DNA of 64,000 nt from a bacterium (GTDB lineage: Bacteria; UBA8248; JACPRG01; G963555815): assembly GCA_965261595.1 (NCBI GenBank), contig CBDHDG010000006.1, positions 1,088,001-1,152,000 of the forward strand. The letters run 5' to 3'. This document shows positions 24,029 to 33,280 of this stretch, piece by piece. The notes under the pieces are model-generated. The model saw only the letters and a list, made by a program, of their open reading frames with translations. It did no database searches and was not told the DNA's origin. How positions within the stretch are numbered: the stretch's first letter is position 1; each line of letters opens with the position of its first letter. The position numbers were made by a program, and so were the translations under genes.

Positions 24029-24412
24029 CGCCTCCACCTCCTGCCGGCTAAAGGGCGGCCGGCCTCCAGGCGGTCGATCTTCTCCCGCAGGACCTCGCCC
24101 TCCATCGTGAGTTCGCCCACCTTGGCCTTGAGCCGGGCGTTCTCCTCGGCCCGCTCATCCGCCGGGCGGGCTTTGAGCGCCGCCTCGCCCCCGCGAAGGA
24201 ACGCCTCGCGCCAGGCGGAAAGCCGAGCCGCTGTCGTGCCCAACTCGCGGCAGAGCGTCTCCAGGCTCTCGCCCCGCAAAAGACGCAGGACCGCCTCCCG
24301 CTTGCGCCTGGCAGGAGAACCGACCCCGCTCACTGCGATGCCCTGGGGCCTTGGCTCCGTTCGCCCTGCGGGCGCCCTCCGCCAAAGCCCCCTCTTGCTT
24401 TTGTTCGTTCAT
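24025..24412 (-). pseudogene. IS3-family OrfA, frameshifted near 24310
   Basis: MNEQKQ... and RKREAVLRLLRGE lie in different frames; in frame in copy 2. Confidence 0.7.
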
Positions 24413-24686
24413 CGCGACACCCCTTTCTCCATGAATCATGGATCAATCGAGTGTCCAACAAAACCCTAGAGCGGGGGAGGGCTCCCCTACAACTCCACTT
24501 CAATAAGCCACCGGGAATCGATGCGACAAGCACACGGAAGGAGTTTTTCCACAATCTGATAAGACGGCCAAAGCCCCTCGATCGAGCGGGGGGTTTTGCA
24601 AAGAGAACCTGATTCTGTGGTTAAATGGCGTGCCATCATAAATCTGGACTTACCCCGGTTTCGTGGAGAGTTAAGCACTTGGGTTT

Positions 24687-25535
24687 TCAGGGTGTGCGTT
24701 GTTGTCTCCTTTCGTAGTTAACGGGTGACAGGTTGTCGATGGAGGAGTGCCGACGATGCGGGTTGTAGAAGCCCTCGATGAACCCGAACACCTCCATGCG
24801 CGCCTCGGCCCGGGTGCGGAAACTGTGGCGAGCGAGGAGCTCGCACTCCAGCGTGGCGAAAAAGCTCTCACACAGCGCGTTGTCGTAGCAGTCCCCGACC
24901 GAACCCATGGAGGGACGCCCGCCCGCCTGCCGGCAGCGCTGCCCAAAGGCGACCGAGGTGTACTGCGTGCCCTGGTCGGAGTGGTGGATGACGGCCCGGG
25001 GACGGCGCTTGTACAGCGCCATGTCGAGCGCGTCGAGCACCAACTCGGCCCGCAGGTGTGTGGCCATCGACCACCCCACGATGCGCCGGCTGAACGCATC
25101 GAGCGCCACGGCCAGATACAAAAACCCCGCCCATGTCGGAACGTAGGTGATGTCGGCCACCCACAGCCGGTCGGGGGCCTCGGCCGTGAAGTTGCGGTCC
25201 ACCAGATCAGGGGCCGGCCGCGCCTCCTGCCAGCGCTGCGTCGTGCGCGCTCCCTTGCGCCGACTGACGCCCGCAAGTCCCGCCCCACGCATCAGCCTGG
25301 CGACGCGCTTGCGGCCCACACGCACTCCCTCAGCCTCCAACTCGGCATGGACGCGCGGCACGCCGTAAGTCCCCCGAGAACGCTCGTGGATCGCCTGAAT
25401 GCGTTTGGTGAGCGCCCGATCGGCACACGAGCGGGCACACGGCGCGCGCCTGCGCCACGCGTAGTAGCCGCTGGAGGAGACGCCCAGCACCCGGCACATG
25501 GTGGCGGTCCGATACATGGCCTGGTTCGCCCTCAC
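24687..25535 (-). CDS. IS3-family transposase OrfB
   Basis: WVADITY, HHSDQGTQY, DNALCESFFATLECE, YNPHRRHS. Confidence 0.92.
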   Translation of the reverse strand: MRANQAMYRTATMCRVLGVSSSGYYAWRRRAPCARSCADRALTKRIQAIHERSRGTYGVPRVHAELEAEGVRVGRKRVARLMRGAGLAGVSRRKGARTTQRWQEARPAPDLVDRNFTAEAPDRLWVADITYVPTWAGFLYLAVALDAFSRRIVGWSMATHLRAELVLDALDMALYKRRPRAVIHHSDQGTQYTSVAFGQRCRQAGGRPSMGSVGDCYDNALCESFFATLECELLARHSFRTRAEARMEVFGFIEGFYNPHRRHSSIDNLSPVNYERRQQRTP

Positions 25536-25846
25536 GAACCCGTAGATCCGGACGGGATCGAATCGGTTTCCCGAGCAAACCAGGCCGCGGCTTTTGCTAA
25601 GATCTCCCGCTCCTGGCGGAGCTGTCGGTTCTCGCGGCGAAGTCGGCGCAACTCCTCCCGCTCATCGCTCGTGAGCCCGTCTTTGCGACGCCCCTCGTCA
25701 ACGTCGGCTTGATGGGCCCAGGTGCGGATCGTCTGCGCCGAGGGCTCGAACTCGTGCGCCAGCGCCTCGGGCGTGCGTCCCGCCCGGACCAACTCTACCA
25801 TCTGGCAGCGGAACTCCATTGGATAGCGTGGGTGAGTCTGTGGCAT
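25532..25846 (-). CDS. IS3-family transposase OrfA
   Basis: RYPMEFRCQMVELVRAG HTH, ELRRLRRENRQLRQEREILAKAAAWFARE; GGAGG RBS. Confidence 0.9.
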   Translation of the reverse strand: MPQTHPRYPMEFRCQMVELVRAGRTPEALAHEFEPSAQTIRTWAHQADVDEGRRKDGLTSDEREELRRLRRENRQLRQEREILAKAAAWFARETDSIPSGSTGS

Positions 25847-26026
25847 CGTGAACACCTCCTTTACCCCCAAATCATCAGGTGTCCACCAAACCGGGTCAAC
25901 TCCAGTGAGGCAGAACGGGTCATGTGGGAGATCCCGGATTCTCTGATCGGACACTCAACGGGTGGAAAACGAATGAATGGCGCGTTTGTGAAACGCCCGA
26001 ATCCTTCTGAGGGGCGATGGGGGGGA

Positions 26027-27392
26027 ATGAAACAAAAAAGTCGTGGCGTGCCGGTAATTGTGGGGTTGATTCTGCTTCTCCTGGGCAGTCTGGTTCAAGG
26101 GTGCGGAGGGCCTAGGCTCATTCAAACCCCGCGGGTTTTTCAGCTTCGCCGCCATCAAGGGCCGCCCATCCCCTTGAAGGCGTATCTGAGTCTCAAAATG
26201 AGGAATGTTGATGAGGACAACCCTTTCCTGGGTCCAAGCTCCTTCGCTCCGCCTGAGGGGGTCCAACTTGGGATCGATATCATTCACCAAAATATTTCCG
26301 ATGCGGGGCTCTTCCAATCTGTCCACAAAGTGAATGGACCTCCTCCTGGCGGAGGAGAAAGTATTCTGCTGACCGGCTTTATTGATATGGTGATTAGAGA
26401 CATTTCGGGAACCTCGGCCTTTGTCACCACCGTGCGTCTGAGCGGTTTTCATATGAGACCCGGTCGTTCAAAGGAGCTCTTGTTTTCCGACGTGCCCTAC
26501 CAAGTCCGTGGCGTAGCGAAAAACAACCCGCTGGGGATACGAGATGTTGTCATGCTGACCTGGCGGAAAGGCGGCGAGGCAATGGGGCCGAGGATCGCGA
26601 ACGATTTGCCGAAACGATTGGAGATGACCCCTGCCGGAAGACGGGTCTTGGCGCTTGCGTCGCCGGTTCCCTCCGCCCGGCGGACCCCTGTCCCTCCGCC
26701 CGCGGCCTCTGCCCGACGCGCGCCCGCGTCCCCCCCCCCCCGCCCCCCCCCGCCCGGCGCGGCGAATGGCGGTCGTCGGGTTCCGGGTTCCTTCTTCGGG
26801 GGACCTCGCACATCCTGACGAGCGATCACGTGGTCCAGGGGGCGAAGCGGATCCGGGTATCCTTTCCTTCGGGCGAGAGCTATCCGGGACGGGTGGTGGC
26901 CAGTGACGCGAACAACAACCTGGCGCTCGTATTGTTGCAGGGGATGCGTCCGAGAAGCGGCGGTTTTTCACCCAATTTCGGAGCGCAGGTGCAACCGGGG
27001 GAGCGCGTTCACGCCCTGGGGTATCCGCTCGGGACGAGGCTGAGCCGCCGGCCGAGCATTGTATCGGGCGCGGTGAGCGCGGCGACGGGCCTGGGGGACA
27101 ACATCGCCCAGTTTCGGATGACGGCCCCGATCAATGAGGGGGCAACAGCGGCGGGCCGGTGGTGACCGATCAGGGCGTCTTGGTGGGCGTCGCGTCGGCG
27201 GGGCTGGTGCAGTCGGGGGTGGAGAACGTCCGGTTCGGGACGAAGATCTCGGCCGCGATGCTGTTGCTCCAGCAAGCCCGGTTGGCGCGAAGGTTTTCCG
27301 TTTCCGTTGTCCCGGAAAGCCGAAAAGCAATGAAGGCGGTGGAGATCTTCCGAAAATTCTCGTCCTATGTTGTCCTCATCGAGGTGCGGTAG
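26027..27392 (+). pseudogene. Lipoprotein with C-terminal trypsin-like (S1C) protease domain; two frameshifts at homopolymers
   Basis: Lipobox LVQGC; after the C12/C9 tract (26730-26751) reads GSGFLL...TSDHVV...GYPLG; after G5 (27138-27142) NSGGPVV...LVGV. Confidence 0.75.
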
Positions 27393-27904
27393 GGCGACGA
27401 AGTGGATGAATCGGGAGGTCCGGGAGTCGGCAAATTCGACCGGGGCGGGAAGGAGCGCATTCTCGTAATCCCGTTCCGAAGGCTCTTGTCTTGCCCGGTT
27501 TCTTGATTCTTACCTCCCCCTTTTCGCAGACTGGATTTCTCACCACAATTTCGATGAGGCCGCACCAACCGCTCACGGCACACACGCCAACCAACGGAAG
27601 GCCGGTACAGGGGTCAACGACTCGCGCCACACCGCGATTGAATGTGGCGCTTCGTGTATCACGGGCTGTCCAGGCCAGGTGATCCTCGTCTCCTCCGGCA
27701 AGGTGCCTCCCCAAAACGTGTTGACCCGCTGAAAGAAGGATTGCCTCTTCATTTTGTGAGAAATGCGGGCTAGACTCGAATGGACCCTCGGGTCGGTTGA
27801 CTCTTGGGTCGGGTGACCCATGGCGCGATGTTCTTTTAGCCGGGCGGGACGCCCGGCCTAACCCATCAGAAAAAATAACCGGTCCACCCTTTGGAGGAGA
27901 CAAG

Positions 27905-28954
27905 ATGTCCGAACAACCCGTCGGCGTGGGCGTTGTGGGAATCGGATGGTGGTCGACCCCGACCGCCGTCGCTGTCAAGAACAACCCCAAATACCGCCTC
28001 GTCACCTGCTTCACGCGGACGCCCGAGAAGCGGAAGAAGTTCGCCGAGACCTACGGTTGCGGGGAATCGGAGAGCTATGAAGAAATCCTCGGGAACCCCG
28101 ACGTCGAGGCCGTCATCCTGACGACGCCCAATTCCGTCCACGGCGAACAGATCCTCCAGGCCATCGGGGCCGGAAAGCACATTTTCGTCGAGAAACCGAT
28201 CACCAACACCCTCTCCGAGGCCAAGGAGGTGGTCGAGGCGCACAAAGGCTCGGGCCTGACCCTCATGACCGGCCACTGCTACCGCCGAAATGCCGGCCAC
28301 CGGGCCGCCCGGCGGCTGATCGACGAGGGACGGCTCGGCAAGCTCATCATGGCGGAATGCAACTTCAGCGTCGGCGTCGGGCAATCGCTCACGCCGGACA
28401 AGTGGCGGTGGTTCGACGCCGAGTGCCCCGGCGGGCCGCTCACGCAGATCGGGATCCATCACGCCGATACGATGGCCTACCTCTTCGGCCCCATCCGCGG
28501 CGTGACCAGCCGGGTCAGCAAGCTCGACACGCCGGCCGAGATCGACGATGTCCACATGTCCCTGATCGAGTTCGAGTCGGGCGCTTTGGGATACATGGGG
28601 TGCAGCTTCGCCACGCCCCTGGTGTACACCTTCAACGCGTTCGGCAATCAGGCGAACCTCTACATGACCACCGACCGGACGGACCCCGCGGCGACGGATG
28701 AGATGGACCGGACGACCGAGATCTATCTTCAGGAGAAAGGCAGCGCGGATCGGAACCCCGTGGACCTCGCGCCCGGGGACATGACGCGTGAGCAGATGGA
28801 CGAGTTCGCCGACTGCGTCCGGTCCGGCAAGGCGCCGGAGACCGGCGTGGGCGAGGGCGTTCTGGCCGCGGCCTTCGTCCACGCGGCCATCCGCTCGGCC
28901 AAGGAAGGGCGGCCGGTGGAGATCGCCGAGATGCTGGAAGGGATTTCACTCTGA
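27905..28954 (+). CDS. Gfo/Idh/MocA family oxidoreductase
   Basis: GVVGIGWW, TPNSVH, AGKHIFVEKP, GIHHAD; GGAGGA RBS. Confidence 0.9.
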   Translation: MSEQPVGVGVVGIGWWSTPTAVAVKNNPKYRLVTCFTRTPEKRKKFAETYGCGESESYEEILGNPDVEAVILTTPNSVHGEQILQAIGAGKHIFVEKPITNTLSEAKEVVEAHKGSGLTLMTGHCYRRNAGHRAARRLIDEGRLGKLIMAECNFSVGVGQSLTPDKWRWFDAECPGGPLTQIGIHHADTMAYLFGPIRGVTSRVSKLDTPAEIDDVHMSLIEFESGALGYMGCSFATPLVYTFNAFGNQANLYMTTDRTDPAATDEMDRTTEIYLQEKGSADRNPVDLAPGDMTREQMDEFADCVRSGKAPETGVGEGVLAAAFVHAAIRSAKEGRPVEIAEMLEGISL

Positions 28955-29148
28955 GTGCGTTTCCCGCCAACCGTTGGACGCATAAGGTGGCGCGGGGTCA
29001 TGTCCATAACGGGTCAACCAGTCCGCGCTCCATCGTTATTGAATCTGCATTTCCGTGAATCAGGGTGTGTTCAGGGCGGACCCATCGCCTCAGCCCCTTC
29101 AACCATGAGCGCCCGGATAGGGGCGAAATTCGCAGGGAGACTCGCCTG

Positions 29149-30033
29149 ATGATCAAAAACGTCGCATTCATCGGTCTCGGAAACATGGGCGCTCCGCTTT
29201 CCCGCCACCTCCTCAACGCGGGCTTCAACGTGAGCGGGTACGACGTGGTGAAGGAGAAGATGAGCGCCCTCGAGGCCGACGGGCTTCGCGCCGCCTCCTC
29301 CCCGGCCGACGCCGCCCGGGACGCCGACGCGATCCTGACGATGCTCATGCGCCCGGAGATCATACGGGACGTCCTTTACGGAGAACAGGGCGTCGTCCAC
29401 GGGGCGAAGCCCGGGGCCGTCGTGGTGGACATGAGCACGATGTCGCCCGCGTTCCAGCGGGAGCGGTTCGCCGAGCTGGAGAAGCGGGGCTTCCGGCCCT
29501 TCGAGGCGCCCGTGAGCGGGTCGGTCCCGCACGCGGAAGTGCGCGAGCTCACGATCATGGCCGGCGGGGACGAGGCGGTCTTCGACGAGCTGAAGCCCGT
29601 TTTCGAGGCGTTCGGAAAAAACATCTGCTACATGGGAGAGGCCGGGAAGGGGACGCTGATGAAGCTCCTCACCAACTTGATCCTGGCCGTCAACCTGGCG
29701 GGCCTTCTGGAGGGGCTGATCCTGGGGGAGAAGGGCGGACTGAAGGTGGAGCGGATGCTGGACATCCTGGTCATGGGCGCTGCGTTCTCCCGGGTGATGG
29801 ATTTCAAGAACGCGCTCCTGAAAACGCGCGATTACGAGGGCCTTCTTCAAGGCTCCACGGAGCTGATCAGCAAGGATGTCCGGTGCGCCCTCGAGGCCGG
29901 ATCCGAGCTGGGCGCTCCGCTCCCGCACGCGGCGCTCATTCTACAGGATTTCATCAGCTCCAGCGTTCAAGGCAACGCGCACAAAGACTACGCCTCCCTC
30001 CTGAACATCCTGGAATCCCGGGCGGGGTTGTAG
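29149..30033 (+). CDS. 3-hydroxyisobutyrate dehydrogenase-family NAD(P)-dependent oxidoreductase
   Basis: FIGLGNMG, DMSTMSP, EAPVSGS, catalytic KLLTN. Confidence 0.9.
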   Translation: MIKNVAFIGLGNMGAPLSRHLLNAGFNVSGYDVVKEKMSALEADGLRAASSPADAARDADAILTMLMRPEIIRDVLYGEQGVVHGAKPGAVVVDMSTMSPAFQRERFAELEKRGFRPFEAPVSGSVPHAEVRELTIMAGGDEAVFDELKPVFEAFGKNICYMGEAGKGTLMKLLTNLILAVNLAGLLEGLILGEKGGLKVERMLDILVMGAAFSRVMDFKNALLKTRDYEGLLQGSTELISKDVRCALEAGSELGAPLPHAALILQDFISSSVQGNAHKDYASLLNILESRAGL

Positions 30034-30034
30034 G

Positions 30035-30418
30035 AAGTTCCTGGGGGAACATTTTGAAAACTGTTCCCCCAGACCCCTCCCAGGGGTTGGGAACCCCCTT
30101 CGAAAACTTTCATTTCGCGAAAGAGGGCGGCGCCTTTGGCGCCGCCCTCTTTCGCAAGAAGCAAATTTTCAAGCGGCACCGAGTGTCCGCCTTCGGAAGG
30201 CGGCCAAGATGGCCGCCCTACCGGCACGTTGGCCGGATGCTGCGGCCGCCAGGGGCGGACAGGCATCCGGATAATGCTAAACGCCATCGACGGGCCACAG
30301 CCAAACCGTCCAGCCTACCCGACACCCAACCCCAGTAAGGCCCGGCTTTGCCGGGCCGCAGAAAGTTTTCGAGAGGGGTCCAGGGGGGACAGTTTTCAAA
30401 ATGTCCCCCCTGGGACTT
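30035..30418. repeat. Composite MITE/BIME-like element with long terminal inverted repeats between convergent genes
   Basis: GGGGGAACATTTTGAAAACTGTTCCCCCAGACCCCTC vs reverse complement of GAGGGGTCCAGGGGGGACAGTTTTCAAAATGTCCCCCC; internal 18-bp-stem hairpin 30117-30155 and GTAG-REP 30199-30221; related half-unit near 2901-2933. Confidence 0.75.
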
Positions 30419-30421
30419 TTA

Positions 30422-31015
30422 TCACCTAGCGTGGTGGTCGATACCTTTGTACGCCTCGATGAACCTCACGATTCGTTTCTCGTCGAATTTATTCAGGCGG
30501 TCGATTCGCGTCCAGGCCGTCAGGGCGATGAGGGGCTTCATCTTCGGGTAGGGCGCGGCGATGACCTGCGTGGGATAGCGGTCCACGAGATCCTCGATCT
30601 TCCGGATGAGATCGGGGCAATCCCGGCAGCGGTAACTGACGATGACGCCTCCATCCTCCAGGTTATGGGTCTGGAGTCCTTTCAGGATGGGCTTTTTGCG
30701 CACCCCCCAGGGGGCTTTGCCGCGATAGTGGTTGCCCGAGGTGGGGGGATTGGTGTTGTACGGAAAGCGCTCCGCCAGTCCCATCGCGACGTGCCGGTTG
30801 CCCTGGCTGGGATAGGACTCCCCCGGCCGTTCCCGGGTGAACCAAGTGTAGACCCCGTAAGCGGCGGCGGCCACCACCACCGTGACCGCCACGGTGGAAA
30901 GAAATTTCTTCCGCCCGCGGGTCCGCGCTTTTTGTCCGGACTGTTCCCGCCTTGCCTCCCGTGTATCCTCCCGTTCCTCTTGCCGTCTCTCTTTGCGGGA
31001 TTTGTCAGCCATCAC
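30422..31015 (-). CDS. DUF3105 domain protein (one TM anchor)
   Basis: YNTNPPTSGNH, HNLEDGGVIVSY, IALTAW. Confidence 0.85.
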   Translation of the reverse strand: MMADKSRKERRQEEREDTREARREQSGQKARTRGRKKFLSTVAVTVVVAAAAYGVYTWFTRERPGESYPSQGNRHVAMGLAERFPYNTNPPTSGNHYRGKAPWGVRKKPILKGLQTHNLEDGGVIVSYRCRDCPDLIRKIEDLVDRYPTQVIAAPYPKMKPLIALTAWTRIDRLNKFDEKRIVRFIEAYKGIDHHAR

Positions 31016-31133
31016 ACGCCCTTTGAGGTTGAAGGGATCGTCTTACGATTTGCCCGCTCGAAACACTCGCCGCGCCGTCCGCGCGCCGGGGCTTCTCCTG
31101 TAGAACATTCACCGGCCTGATGTATTTCATGGG

Positions 31134-31685
31134 TCAGGCCGCGGACATCTCTCGCAGCCACGCGTTGACTGTATCCGGGATCTCATCCGGAGAGCGGTAC
31201 TTGACCAGCGTCACCCGTTCCGGGTGTTCAGATTGGAGTTGAATAAAGTTGGTCGGGTTCACGCCCGTTTTCACGCTCCCGGGCCGATAGAACCCCAGGA
31301 TGGGTTTTCCGTCGCGGATGAACCGCATCGAGTTCACGCCCGAGCCGAACCCGGCCTCGTCGTAGCAATAGATGGCGGCCCGGGCTTCCGCCCGAAACAG
31401 GCCGTCGCGTTCCAGGATGAACTCGGCGAGGACTTCACCCTCATCGCGCCCCGCCGCGTGCCGCTCCAGGTAGGGTTTCCAGTCTGGGTCGTAGCCCTCG
31501 ACCGGATCGCAGACCATCCGGGCCAGCGCGGCCGGGTCCATTTTGGGGAACCGGCCGCGGTAGAAGCGGTGGCGTGTGTCGAATCCGAGGCCGGAGTCTT
31601 CCAAGGCCTGGATGACGACGACCTTGAAGTCCCGGGTCGTCTCCGTGGCGTGCATGCCTTTGCCGCTGACGTAGCAGGGGATCAA
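31134..31685 (-). CDS. Hypothetical protein, nucleoside 2-deoxyribosyltransferase (NDT)-like fold
   Basis: N-terminal CYVSG, ILERD...A, GFGSGVN, GKPILGF pattern resembles the NDT/RCL family; start uncertain. Confidence 0.5.
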   Translation of the reverse strand: MIPCYVSGKGMHATETTRDFKVVVIQALEDSGLGFDTRHRFYRGRFPKMDPAALARMVCDPVEGYDPDWKPYLERHAAGRDEGEVLAEFILERDGLFRAEARAAIYCYDEAGFGSGVNSMRFIRDGKPILGFYRPGSVKTGVNPTNFIQLQSEHPERVTLVKYRSPDEIPDTVNAWLREMSAA

Positions 31686-32177
31686 TCGAGTTTCTCCCGG
31701 GGTCCGGGCGTCCGCTCACAGGTTGCCCGGCTTTCACGGGCGGCTTGATCGGGATTCGCGCGAATGCCGAACAAAACATTCGGTCTCATTCCGACCCGAA
31801 TCCTCGCCCGGAATCCCACTCGCGGGTCTCACATCTTCCAGTTTGAGACGAGAGCCATTTAACGATGAAGGGGAGATGACATTCAAGTTCCGGCAGCACA
31901 CGAAGAGACTGAAATCCTCTACTGAGAACGGAGGAGCGGGGGAAGGAAGAAGATCGGCGGGTTTCCAGACCTCGCCGGCGCTCCGGGTTGAGCCGCGAAA
32001 TCTCCGGAATGGATACAGCCGCATGGGATTCTCATCCGGCATGCGTCCGGCCTTGAAACCGGCGGATTGGCGAGGGACAGGTCCGGGTCCGTTCCAGGCG
32101 ATTGGAAAGGGGGCGATGAATTTTGTATGGTAATGGGTGAGAACTGAAATTCGCGTTTTGAGGAGGACTTTATCCGG

Positions 32178-32837
32178 ATGTCTCGCGTTTATCTGGAAGA
32201 ACTCGACCGCCAGCGGGCTCGGCTCAACAACGGCGGGATGCAGTGCGTAGAGGCGTTCTTCCAGGAAGATCCGGGTGTCAACAACATGCTGCGCTGGATG
32301 GACCAGCGTAATCTCCGCGAGCTTCAGATCGCCCAGGCCATGTCGGCCGCTTTCATGAAGATGGGGCCCGACATCCCCCGGGACATCTTCGTCGCCATCG
32401 GCAAATTCATCCACGACGAGGTTCGCCATTTCCGCGACTTCACGCGGGTCATCGGGAAATTGCGCGCCGAATACGGCGAGACCGGCGGTCCGGTGGCCCA
32501 GCTTCCCGAAGAGAAAAACTGGCACGCGGTGACGCTCGAGAACCTCAAGAAGCATTTCCTCGCCGTATTTTCGGGCTCGTACGTGGGCGAGTCGGTGGCG
32601 CTGGCCGTGAACGATATCCTCATCGAAGGGTGCAGGAAGTTCGGATACAACAAGGTCGCGGACCTCTACACCGGAATCGGCCGCGACGAGGTGTTCCACG
32701 TCAACCTCAACCGCCTGGTCATCGAGAAGTACGCCACCACCAGGGAAACCCAGGAAATCGTCATCGAGGTGGCGACGAAGAAGGCCGACCGGCAAATCCC
32801 CGCCTGGGAAAGCCTCTACCGGGTGGATCCGGCCTGA
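32178..32837 (+). CDS. Ferritin-like di-iron four-helix-bundle protein
   Basis: Paired E...DExxH motifs (RELQIA / DEVRH; GESVA / DEVFH); GAGGAGG RBS. Confidence 0.8.
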   Translation: MSRVYLEELDRQRARLNNGGMQCVEAFFQEDPGVNNMLRWMDQRNLRELQIAQAMSAAFMKMGPDIPRDIFVAIGKFIHDEVRHFRDFTRVIGKLRAEYGETGGPVAQLPEEKNWHAVTLENLKKHFLAVFSGSYVGESVALAVNDILIEGCRKFGYNKVADLYTGIGRDEVFHVNLNRLVIEKYATTRETQEIVIEVATKKADRQIPAWESLYRVDPA

Positions 32838-33049
32838 CCGCCCGGGACCCCTGCCGGGCGTCTCCCAACATAACCCGAACCCGCTGCATCCCCCCCTCCC
32901 CCCGAAAGGCACTTGCGTGCCGGCCAAGCTGCGGTTGAGGCGCTTGCGCGCCGGCCAGGCTGCGGGTGGAAGCTTGTTGCGCTCATCACAACGTCTTGGC
33001 GCACGGAAGACCTATTGCCCCATATTGTGTCCCTATTCTTGTCCTTTTC

Positions 33050-33085
33050 CAATCTGTGTAATCCGCGAAATCTGTGGATCGCCTT
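33050..33085. repeat. AATCTGTG..AATCTGTGGAT repeat-family member
   Basis: Same motif in inverted pair at 63155-63183 and 63358-63378. Confidence 0.6.
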
Positions 33086-33190
33086 GGCCTTTGGTTCTTG
33101 GCCCGCTCCAATCCATGTAACCCCCGCCCGCGCGGGGACCGCGGCGTCGCTGGATGAGCTTCATTTGAAGCGCGCTGTCGCAGAAGCCGG

Positions 33191-33220
33191 TTGACCGCCG
33201 ACAAAAAGGCATTGTATTGT
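33191..33220 (+). promoter_or_regulatory. Putative sigma70 promoter for the NMT1-family gene
   Basis: TTGACC-N18-TATTGT about 60 bp upstream of ATG 33281. Confidence 0.4.
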
Positions 33221-33280
33221 GAGTTGAAGCCCAAATTGAGGCTTGAAGCGGACGGTGCGATCCCAACGGAGGGAGAGGCA

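Larger units (their letters stand above)
23074..24478 (-). mobile_element. IS3-family element A, copy 1 (1405 bp)
   Basis: Imperfect IRs TGGACCGCCCCTGGGTTATTGGACAC / TCCCCCGCTCTAGGGTTTTGTTGGACAC; 4-bp target duplication GGGC; orfA-orfB with ATGA overlap. Confidence 0.92.
24645..25904 (-). mobile_element. IS3-family element B (IS51-like), 1260 bp
   Basis: IRs TGGACTTACCCCGGTTTCGTGGAGA / TGGAGTTGACCCGGTTTGGTGGACA; flanks AATC vs GTGA, no target duplication. Confidence 0.92.
22790..27769. mobile_element. Segment bounded by perfect 16-bp terminal inverted repeats (degenerate IS/transposon ends)
   Basis: CCCGCATTTCTCACAA at 22790-22805 and its reverse complement at 27754-27769; flanks CTAA / CTAG. 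Confidence 0.5.

Noticed and set aside
21339..27800. Intact prophage or integrative element
   Set aside because: No integrase, structural, replication or conjugation genes; only a repressor remnant
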